A DNA stretch of 64,000 nt from Eimeria praecox (lineage: Eukaryota): positions 4,340,001 to 4,404,000 of the forward strand of contig OY986949.1 of assembly GCA_963920595.1 (NCBI GenBank), written 5' to 3'. A program made the position numbers and the translations under genes. The notes under the pieces were generated by a model. It did no database searches. It was not told the DNA's origin and saw only the letters and a program-made list of their open reading frames with translations. Below, one piece after another: positions 13,601-24,314 of the stretch. The stretch's first letter is position 1; every line of letters begins with the position of its first letter.

Positions 13601-14856
13601 CTCGATTTCATCATCTCCAAAAACAAAGCATTTCTCAACCTCATCGAGCTCCTTGGAATCTCCAGGCTTTACGGAAGATGCAAGACCCGGCGTTTGCTGC
13701 TGTTCATCAAAAAGTCGAAGACACCAGCATAAGTTGTTAACCATCTATTGTCCAGAGGCCGATTATTATGCGCTTCGAACATTTAAATGCCCTGACTTAC
13801 GCTTACCTGCAGTGCACAGAGGCTCTGAAGAGCCATGGCTGTTTTCGCATCAAACAAAATTTCCGTTGGTCTCTTCATTGGCGTCTCCTTACACGCATTA
13901 CCATTGTCAGTGCTTGTATCAGCGGGCGGATGATGGTTTTGCGGCTTTTTGGTGCGCTTGGATGTCTTCGCCCTGTGGCTTTGTCGGCGGGCACCAGGGT
14001 CGGCCCTTTTGCGGATATTGTCGCCAGGGCCGCCGCTTTTATGCTCTGCCTGAACATTTTCTGCCCCCACCTGAGCTTTCTCTGGTGGACGTTGGTTCCG
14101 CTCTTCCGGAATATCTTTATAATCGTGATGTTCCTCCTCCGGCTGCTGCCCACGTAAGGGTTCGAGGTGCGATTCATCTGCCTGCTCCTTTAGAGGGTTT
14201 TCACCGTGCAGTTGGTCTGTAAACTGGCTGTCCGTCCCACTAGAGTGCTGTTGGAGAGGAATATTTTGTTCTTGTACATCTTGTCGGTGCTCCATCTCTT
14301 GCACGTATCCTCGTGAATTACCTGTTCCGTCCAAAACAAGCTGATTCTCCACTTGCAACGCTTGTCCTTGTACCTGCTCTGGATGTTCGCCGGCCGTCTG
14401 GAGCTGACTGTCTTCGCATGGCAATCCATCATTTTGTTCCAGAGGTATACTGTCTGGAGAACTTTGTGGCGCATCCTGTCCGCATTGGCTCCGTTGTATT
14501 TGGTCTATCTGGTGCTCGACAAGTTCCTCTTCCACGGGTCTTTGGGGCTCACTTGCAGTCACATCTCTCTGTAAATTCGCCTCTGAATGCTGTTCCGCCT
14601 GTGGAAGTTGTTGCTCATTGCTTTCAACTTGGTGGTCCTCTCCTGCAGGTGCAGAGACCGTTTGCAGTTGCATTTCATCGTTAATAGAGACCAAACTGGG
14701 AATGCTGCGACTATTCTGAGTGTTTAGCAGCTCTTGCCCATCCTGTTGTGCATTTGAATACTGGTCTTCAGTAGGCTGCTGCCGTTCGGGCACCTCGTCC
14801 GTTCGATCTGTCTCAGAGTGCTGTTCGTGCTCCGATTGCAGCAGCCGTCGCTGCAT
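7651..14856 (-). CDS. Multi-exon gene encoding an OFCC1 (orofacial cleft 1 candidate)-like multi-pass membrane protein with a Q/E-rich N-terminal extension; exon structure only partly resolved
   Basis: Spliced translation gives motifs I recognise from the OFCC1 family: FDETLYLNCPSEADIKPSMCLVFQLYLLRGAVSPVDK (exon ends 11454, gtgagt donor), VVAWGAFPLVGPEWRIVEGSFK (exon 11215-11150), VPLFLGEVD...LDKWLCNLYFRIVRVP (exon starts 10992). Hydrophobic segments lie at 9000-10050, then HHNGRVLDCHRRL...FPNDTEVS...FVGLDGETRRVQV (8665-8900) and YPDGTIVEQ before the stop at 7651. Joining the upstream Q-rich/coiled-coil exons (12560-14856) to this gene is inferred from shared strand and GT-AG sites; the start codon is uncertain. 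Confidence 0.75.
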
Positions 14857-15849
14857 AATTTCGGAGGAATTTCTGCTAAGTCCATGAGGCGAGGTCTCTT
14901 CCTGCCAAAAAAATGGGCGACACTTGGAAACACATATATGACATCTCTGTCGAGCCGTTTGCAAGCAGACTCAGTTGGCAGCAAGCCTGCGCCAACAGCA
15001 TGCCTCTGAATCTGAACGCTAGATGAAGCGGCAGCACGGAACAAGGCACTAAGCTGTCAGGAAAATCCATCGTAAGCTAATGACCTACACGTCGTTCTGT
15101 AGGGGGATCTGTTTCGGAGTCCCCTGGAAGATTGACGTGAGAACTAGCAGTGGGATCCATCGAAGTCACCGTTACTTCTGCACCAAAATTAGAGAGAAAT
15201 ACTGCCTTTTCTTTTTGCCAGCCTGCCTTGCATCAGTCCCTAAAAGCCTGACTCCCCCGGCAACACCTTTATTTTAGCTCGTATGTCCTGGATCGCGCCA
15301 CGTTCTGGCCCGTTGCTGCCCCGAAGGGCATGGCCCGTGCAAGCGGAATCTATGAATTACTTGCTTTAAACGTCTTCTTGGCAGCAAATAAGATATTAAC
15401 ATATACTATGTTAGTATTTGGTTTCGTTGAGTGTTTACCGCACAACGAACTCCTTCCAATGGAGAGGTTGGAGTGTGCAAGCAGTGTGTCAGCACAGCCC
15501 AGTGACCCTGCCAACTTCCCGCATGATCCATGTGGCGTGTGGGATGCAATTTGGGTGGGCCACTGCCTAAACCATATCAGTGGAGCAGAGGCTGACAAGT
15601 GATGTGGCTTTGAAACTCAGAAATGAATGCGGTTCGAGATAAGACAGGGGGCAGACTACGCTGTAGGCATGCGCGATCCGCCCCCTGCGGAGCAAGGTTG
15701 CCGTTAGGAAACACAACTTCAAAATGGCTGTATATGGATAAAATAATTGAATTTAGTATCGTAAAGGAATAAAACCCTAGGCTCTAACCTGTAAAGGGGC
15801 AGCAGCAACCCAGCAGGGCTTGGGGTCATACACGCGCTGGAGAGCCATG

Positions 15850-17750
15850 CTCTTTATTAGGCCTGAACCTCCGGGAAAAGGTCACTAATGAAGGCGAAAG
15901 AGATTAAACTAAAATGGCCCAATATGGGAGTAACTAGCGGCTGGTGTGTGTCAGCCGCCAGCTGAGCACTGGTAACAGCCTGAGAGATTGGATAAGCCGG
16001 ATTGCACGGTGTAGGGAGGATTTTCCGGCTGGGTGCCAACATTCCACTGCCTGTTTACGCTTTTCACTGAGCAGTATGTGGGGGCTCCTACCTAGATGGC
16101 CTGGTGAGCGTCTAGCACCTGTTTAAAGACTCGCCTAATCCTCTGTGAAGGAAAATCTCAAAACCCTTCATATAAGCTCGAAGACGAGGTGTCTCAGTCT
16201 GTAGCACGCTCTGTTGTGACAATCCCTTGAAAGCTAAATGCTCATACGCCCACTTGCCGCTTTGTATGTATAAAGATCCGCCGCTTCCTGTGAGAAGGGA
16301 GGCAGTGTACTGCACGTCTGCATATTTTTCCTAAACAGCCCGGAAACGCACTTCGGGAAGGTTCTTGTGCCCCTTATCCTGGGAGTTCCTGTCCTCTTAC
16401 GCCAACGCTACTGTCCTCCTTAAAGAATAGCAATACGTCCAAGTACCATTAAAGGGACTTCTGCACTTCTGAAGTGCCAAAAACAATATTTGCAGAAATC
16501 AGCGCTGCAATCTAACTGGCATATTTACCAAACTCGGAAGTGGGTAGAAGGGGAACTGGAAATGGGTATGGGTAGCAGTTGAGTTAGCACTTACCTCTTT
16601 TACGGCACCCGCTGGACCCCTTGAATCAGCCCTTTGCTGGAAGCTCCCGAACATGCAACAGAGCGTTGAAGTAGTGCTTTCTACTTTCCCAGAGACCCTG
16701 TTCACGCATTTGAAGCTTATCTGGGTGATTAAGATACTTTCTACATTTTGTTCTCTCAGTCGCAGGACTGAAGAGCAAGAAAACCGCCGTTCCTTGTTTT
16801 CCCGACATTTTGTTTGAGGTAATTCATGCCCCCATAATTATCACAACTCGTCTTCAAGTCTGGCCGTCTGGAGCTTGGTGCATTTAAATTAACACGGCCT
16901 GCATGCTGGCTTGCCACATTGCGTAAAACACTCATTACTGTGGACTAGTCCCTCTTATGCTAATCTCTGTGATGCAATTTTTCAGTGGCCCTCAAGCTCT
17001 CGGGGAAACGCGCAGCTAGGTCTACATCTTGGGAATATTGATGATGTGCATAAAAGCACACAAAAGATGGATGCTCCACCTTGGCTTCTGTTTATTTGTC
17101 CTCTTAGTGCTTCTAGACTACGTAGAGCAAATTGTCATGATCAAATGCAAACAGCGTGAGCATCCGTATTAGACGAAGGCTTCCGTGCTTTCAATCAAGA
17201 GATGTGAGCAGTGAAGAGACAGCCAACCCACCTTGCACCTCAAGCATCTAAACTAACGAACAGCTTCGATAAAGCTACCCGTGCACCCAAAAAACGCGAA
17301 TTTTCCGGTTTGAAGCCGACTTCACGATCGCGAAGCCCACTACAGCCTCACACCAATATGAAGACCGGCCGAACCTCTGTGGCTAAGAGAAACGCACGCT
17401 AGCCTTGAGCCCCAAGTAAAGGGGAAGATTGTTGAGGCACCTGCATCGTGCAAAGTCACGTATGCCATGGCATCCTGGACTTACCCACCCGTAGACTGTC
17501 TATTTTCATGTGAGTTCCTGCCAGTACCCGTTGAAAGGAATTCAAGCTCAGCGCAAAGAATGTCAGCATCATTATTTGCTGCTTCGAGCTTTTTGGCAGG
17601 CACCAACTCTGACTGCACATCTCTCACCCTACAGCCGGCCATGCTCCTTTTATCAAGCTTAAATAAAAGAGCCACGCGTATTTCTCAACCCTCAGCACTG
17701 CAAACGCGGCCAGTGGGACATCTCAAGCATTGCACCAGCATAAGAAAATA
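15850..17750 (-). mobile_element. Possible highly degraded gypsy pol remnant between the OFCC1-like and Dpy-30 genes
   Basis: Weak echoes: LCAELEFLS (RT C-terminal) and IFLHRGLGESLN (integrase HG-P-like). Confidence 0.25.
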
Positions 17751-18305
17751 ATTTTTGGTCTTGCTTCCAACGTAGAATTCAGCGGTAAGTATTGGGTATT
17801 TGAAGAATAAATCCCCTTTCCTGCTAGGCTCGCCGAGCTCAAATTTCACTTATTGGAATAGTTCAGCCAGCCACTTACATTTTAGATGCTCTTAATTACA
17901 AGGGCTAGAGCGACAAGCCGCACAACGTGGCAGCACCATTCTCCTCTTATGCCTACTGTGATTATGTATGCAGTTGAAGCAAAAGCGTTGGTTGGAGGCC
18001 CCCTTTATCGGTCTTTTGCACCGGCTTCCCAATTCGTCCGTGTGGACGCCGTGCTGACCAGTATCTTCGGCAAACAGCGAGCGCCAGTGCGGCTATACCA
18101 GATGCACAGACGGCGTCAGGAAATCATATTTTTGCCGATGCTTCGCGGTGAAAACACCAGCGGCGCCACCCAGTTACGTCAATATTCATTTTCATGCCCA
18201 CAGCAAGTGCAGGGCTGGCTAAACCGGCCCCATATTGAGCACTGGCACTACAAAAAAGCCCAATATTCACCCTTAAACACTGAGTGGCACTGAGCAGCTA
18301 AAATG

Positions 18306-20973
18306 TCAAATTGCCCCGGAATCCTGAAGGGCGGTTGCTGTGCGCGAGTAGCCCGTGGAATGCCTAAGCAAGTAAAATGCAAGGTAGGCGAGTGGGTCTT
18401 CTGGTCGGTCTCGAAGGACTGCCTCTAGAGCAGGATACAATACCGGAACCACTGTTTCCATGAGATAGGCAACATCTGGCAAAAGTACCAGGGTATGCTT
18501 GCTGCCTGCTTGCTGATGGCTTCCCAAGGTGCCAATAAGTCCAGGGAGTACGTTTCCCCGCTCACCGATGCCATCCTCGACTTTCTGCTCTTCAGCAAAT
18601 CTCCTGCAGTCCTTATGCAAAGTCATGATCTTGCCGTCAGCTACTTGTTCGTTTGTGCGGAGATGGCTGGCAGTCGCAAGTTGCAGGCGCTTTTTCTCGC
18701 ATATTGCAACTGCAGCCACTAGGCAATCGGAGCTTGCCAGGAAATCCCACTGGCTGGGAGAGATGTGAGATGCAACAACCCCACATTCAATGCGTCCTTT
18801 CTTGCAAAGACTATCATCAGGTGTTAAATTTTGCTGGCTGCATGACTGGATTTCGTCGTTTTCCAGCCATGGCACAGGTTTAAGGGGAATCCGCTGGTGG
18901 CTCAACGCATCAACAAGGAGCAAGGTATCGAGATATGACACGCCGTCAACAACCGTTTGAATTCCCGGGGAGGAGAGGCAGACATGGAAACGCGTCATGT
19001 CTTGCCCGTCTGCCAATATCGTTAGGGGGGTGGTGCATGAAAAGTTGGCTTCGGCGTCAAGCGTTGAAGCACCGGTTGTTGTATGCTCGTTTGTGGCATC
19101 GGTTAATCCCGAAGCTGCGTTCACGCTGGATAGGCTGCTGGAGTCCCGTGCAACAGCAGATACCCCATGCTCTTCGGCAGCTGCGCCAGGGCGGTCGAAC
19201 GGCTTGTGGAGGATGCAAAAGGCCTTGTGCTCCTCTAGTTCCTGGTAAATGAGGCCTGCGAATACCTCATCAGTGCCCTTGTATGTTCGTTTTGCTGCAG
19301 GTACAAAGAGGGTATGTGGCAGCTGCGGGGTGAAGCAATGGTTGCTCCCTTCGCCTTCGCCGGCACCTTGGACCGTTGGTAAGTGCACGATTCCTACGGC
19401 ATGATCGGAAATCCGAAGGTCAGGACTCCCGTGTGAGCCATCCAAAAACACCTGCAGTATCCGGCGTAGACACACCAGACATGGCATTCGAGGGCATATC
19501 CCGTTATCTATAGGGTTCCTTAATCCAAGACTTTGAGCCACTAGTTCTCATGGAGCTGCCGAGTACAAGACCATTCTGGTATCGGCAGACCTGCTTTGTT
19601 CGGTTTTCTCCATCGAATGCTGGGTGCTTGCCTTCGCACAGCGAGTTGAACTCCCGAAAAAAGGATTGGAGAACTGGGCTGCTTAGAGAACGACGGGTAT
19701 GAAACACTAGCCGAAAGGCTCTACGTGTCCTGATTAAGCTGAAAAGCAAGCTCAAAAAACTGGGAGCAATACTCCAGTAGCCACAACGGAGCTGCAAGGG
19801 GAGTGAAGAGGGGCATTTTAAAGGAGTCGCTTCCTCTTCTTCAGGGCCAGCCTCAACGAGCACCCTGCCATTAGACCCTGAGTCCAGCTCCTGAACATTC
19901 GGCAGATGCGGCGTTACAACCGTGTTATTCCACAATCGTTTAGGCTGCCCGGCTTCTTTTCTTTTCCACCATTTGGCAAACTAGGAAAACTGCAGGGCCT
20001 AGGCATATGCGCATGGTGCAGATGCTGTTCCCTTACAGCGTCTGACTCGTAGCCCAGTACCCTATTCAGATCAGGTGCTTCACACCCCAAAGCCATGCAA
20101 ACGGTGGGCGGTAGCATTAAACGCCTCAGAAGGGAGCGGTGACGTTCACGGAGAGCCGCTACTGCAGCTTCTACTTGGTCAGCACTCGCTCTAGGGTTAC
20201 CAACCTTGCGCAGCGACCGTTTGACTTTTGCACAATTTCCGAAGGCCTGCAGCCGCTGTTGTAGCTCTTCCACCTATTCAGCAGCGTTCAGAAAGCACTG
20301 ACAGCATTACTTTTAGTTGATTTTTCTTCCTAATCAGCCCAGTGGATCGAACTGAGACAGCAACCTTTCGCTAAGCGCTCAATTTTTTTCTGGAGCAGCT
20401 TGCCCTGCCGTTGGCTGGAGGTGGCAAGGGCAATCGGCCAACAAGAGTGAAGAATGGGACTTGCATCTGCAGTTCGTCTAGCAGAATTTCTGTAACGCAG
20501 CCGCAAGTACTCGCCAAATGACAAGCCCTCCTCCACCGTAGTGGCATTTCCATCCTTCTGAAACAATAACTACACAGGCGCCTCCGAGACACCAGCGTGT
20601 GACCCACATTGCGCTCCTCCTCAATATGAAAGCCTCTCTCAGTACCTTGCTCGGCAAAAAGGTATCCTAATCACTCTGAAAAGTGTGTGCGTGAGAGACC
20701 TACAGGAAGCCACTCTCCAGACACCGAATTTACTGTTCCCCACGTTGTTTCGGCCAAAACATGAGAAGCGAACCGAGAGGCGGGCGCACCAAGGAAAAGC
20801 CCTTTTTTTGCACTTTCAGAGTCTCTAGCATACCTGGTCGATACTGCCACAGCATTATCGATGTCTACGTGCAGAATTATAATAGGTATCTGCTCCTGGG
20901 GAGTCAAAGGGTGTCCAGTAGGCGAAGTACTGGTCCCCTGAAAGGGTTGTTGGGGATTCCGGCTGCATTCCAT
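18306..20973 (-). CDS. Multi-exon gene for an uncharacterised protein with a C-terminal Dpy-30 dimerisation/docking motif
   Basis: The long last-exon ORF 18306-19541 ends in AYLMETVVPVLYPALEAVLRDRPEDPLAYLAFYLLRH, a close fit to the Dpy-30 consensus. Same-strand upstream ORFs (19504-19935, 19914-20273, 20330-20566, 20671-20973) look coding and carry candidate splice sites; ATG at 20973. Internal exon borders are not fully resolved. Confidence 0.75.
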
Positions 20974-21899
20974 TTAGATGAACTTTTTTACATGAATAGT
21001 ACTTTGATTGCGAATAGAACCGGAAGTGCTTAAGTTCGCCACTTTAGCCGTATACCACCTTTGGCGGGCTTCGTTCCTGAACATTTCAAAATGTTTAGTT
21101 AATCTTCTTCTTTATTTTCAGATCTCCGTATCCATCCCCAGCCGTGTTAGGCTTTCTAAAGCATTAAGGTTCGGTGGAGACGGGAGTACTAAGTTACAGC
21201 ACGCATTGGATTTGGTCGGGGCTGCATGCGCTTTTGGCCAGTCATCCTCCACCTGAGCAAAAGCGTTTTGGGACTATATTCAGGGCTTACATAATTGAAA
21301 AATGCATTCAGTTTAACGTTTACTTTATTCTGTATAGCAATAACATAATTCATATGCTGACGACGGTAGAACCTGGAGCAACTTGCTGAGAGGCCTACAG
21401 GTTGGCGTCAGCGGGACGACGGCGCAAACAGTACACCAGTCTGTGACAGCTTCTTTACAGTGAGTAATAGAAAATGTTGCATCTTCGGGTGCTGTGAAAA
21501 AACGTTAAAGGACCCCCGCACAGATGGGGTCCGCGGGTTCAAAATTGCATGAGCTGTATGTGCCCATCCGCCCTACGCTACCGTGAGACACTACCGTGAG
21601 ACTAACAGTACCGATTGTTTCGCGTTATTATGTGTCAGATAAATCATCTGCCAACGGATATGAATCTCCAGTATGCCGTGTGGCAAGTGTGTTGGGGTCG
21701 CGTGTCAAGCCCCAGACCTAGTGCTGCACAGGCCCTCAATACTCAGCCAGTAGCCGCCCTCGATGATACACGTTGCTGGAGCCTTTTGTCTGAGGAAGCT
21801 ACCCGAATATACCGTTGCATACCGGCTAAGCTAGCAAGGCGAAGGAAAGCATCAAGCCATATTTTTCCCAGCACTTGAAATTACAGTGCCTCTACATCT

Positions 21900-22900
21900 C
21901 AGACCGTTACATGCAGCTGGTAGAACCCAGCGCTGTCTGCAGCAATGTCCACCTATGCAGAATTCCTGTTAGTCGCCACGCAGCGCAGCGAGCCACCACA
22001 AACGGTCCTTAGCACTCAAAGGACGTCCTTCCCGCTTGGAAAAATGGCGGGGGCAGCGTGAATGTGTTTGATAGGTGCGGGGTCAGGTCCTGTACACCAG
22101 TACATACCAGGGGATAAATGCCTCGCCTGCCGTCGAAATGTGGGGTCAGTTGTGGCAAAATTGTGCCACTGGGCATTCGTTTGGAGGTCACTAAGGCCTA
22201 GTCCACCAGGGCCACGCCCACAACTGGGTAGAATGGTGTTGCCATCTGAAGTGAAGAGCAGGTATTTGCTAAAGGGGTGGGGATGGGCTGCCATACCACG
22301 ATATGGCGGCAAAAGATGCTAAAGCAGTCTCTAGTGAAGAAATGCACATGGGGAGCTCCCTATGACAGAAAAAGGGCAGCAGCTGACCATCTCAGCCGCC
22401 CCCTCCTCCCTTCCCGCCCTGCCCCCGGCTAATCTGATGCGGGTATGCGCAGGGAGTGCTTGCATTGACGATCAATTTGGCTCCGTTCTAAGTTCCTAGT
22501 TGCTACTGCTTGTTATCGGCGAAGTGAAGGCATCTGCTCCTGCCTTCACCGCTCGTCCGAGGAAGCCAATTCCCTACAGTACCTTGGAACAGCACGAACT
22601 GTATCACGGTCACTTTCACAGCACTGGCTCATACTTTTTCATTCCATCCTTAGTCCTTGGTTCACGTGAGGCTGCGTTGACTATGAATGCTCTGTAATTG
22701 TCTAGTTCACCACGAATGCTGGTGCTCTCACCCAACTCTCCAATATACCCGCAGTGTTGCATAGTTTCTACCATGCACGGCGCTGTCGAATGTCCGAGGC
22801 ACAATCTGTTGTTCAAAAGGGTGGGATTGGTCCACGGTGATTTGTCTACATGGAAATTCATAATATGCCGGAGCTAACAAAGGGGATGGTACGCTGGCAA
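21900..22900 (-). mobile_element. Degraded gypsy RT/RNase H remnant
   Basis: KSPWTNP, DNYRAF, KKYEPVL (RT-like), then PFSKYLLFTSDG and RHL...PDPAPIKHI (RNase H-like), in the expected order. Confidence 0.5.
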
Positions 22901-24314
22901 GCTTTCCCAGGAGGCCAATACTTGACCCTGAGAGGCAGCATGAAAAGTACAAATGCAGCCCCTCTACCATGCGAAGGCTTTCACATGCTTTCGGTAGCCA
23001 AGATCTAAGTGCATGCAATATTTATATTACCCATTACTTATTTGTGTATTTATGCACACATTTTGTTAGGCAATCCAAGATGAAGGCAGGCACGCAACCC
23101 AAACGCAAGGCTCCTGCCGCGATAACCTCTCCGCCGAGTTGGCAGATAAAGCAGAAGGTCCACATTATACCTACAGTGAGGTGCCGAGCTAAGTAATGGG
23201 CAAAACTACTTAGTACAACTAAGTGGTGGTGCATTTCCGCTCAACAAGAACGATTCATGATATAGTTGGCCAGTACCGCCAACGCCAACACTTCCCCAGT
23301 GTGGGGTTGAGCGTGCGTTATCCTGCAAAATAGTTTTCCTTGAAGTCCATACATCGGCGAATTAGGCGTTCTAAGTGCCTAACAGTTGCCTTCAGTCTTT
23401 GCACAGCCACTAACTAACTACGCCGCATGTTCACCACAGGATATTCCAAGCTGTCGTGCGTCCTCAGCTAGAAATGCTCACTTTCAAACTGCTTCAAACT
23501 GAAAATACAAGGAAAAAAGGGTAAACAATGATCCAAGCTTGTGTTGGGGCTGTGGATCGAATTAACGATGGGACACGCGACCACATGCATGCCGTATGAC
23601 TACTTTTGCAGGGTATAGGTTTAGAACACTGGGGCACACCCTTACAGAAAAGCCATTCCTTTTGTTTAACTTGGAAATGGGAATTTGAATGAGAGCTTAC
23701 GGACAGAGTTTCGTGAAGAGGTAGAACTACCCGCCCTGGCCTCGTACGTCAGATTCAAGTAGCCGACTGATCGCGGGCTTTATTCCTTGCCTCTTTAACG
23801 CCGGGATGCAGAAGTACGGGGTTAACACTGAGACGTGCTGAAGTTAAAGACATCTCTATATGAATAGCTCAAAATTTTCGTTCGGTCTCCATCGCTGCTG
23901 CTGCGGGCTGTCTCTCGATGCTCGCCTGCTAAATCCGGCATGGTGGATCACCCGCTGTCTTCAATTCGGCAGTTGTCCAGCACTGTACGTGCATTGCTAA
24001 ATTCGAAAAAGAGCTAATTTTCCTCATGAATATCTATCTTGGCCCTACTAAGGAGGCGTGTGTCTACTTTCGACAAGAGCCGCTTTGTTCAGGCCGCGTG
24101 ATGCGGACACGTGAAGCTCATTCTTGACTTCAACTCTTTCAACTAGGAGGTCACCAGCTTTAGCCGCTGAATGAAAGAGATTACCAGCGAGGGGGGTGTA
24201 AATTGAGAGGACCGCATTTGCATAGGCAGCTTACAGCATGGACAAATATAGCTAACCCACAGCACCGCCGAAGTGGAACATAAGTGGAACACAGCCAACG
24301 GGCCCAGGTTCGCA

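Noticed and set aside
13569..14684. Plus-strand ORFs of 123-217 aa
   Set aside because: Antisense shadows of the Q-rich minus-strand exon.
21579..21603. Short tandem duplications (ctaccgtgagac x2; also agctt x3 near 4515, gtatcagttca x2 at 61381, ggtaaggac x2 at 63643)
   Set aside because: Ordinary slippage products; no spacer structure, so not CRISPR-like.
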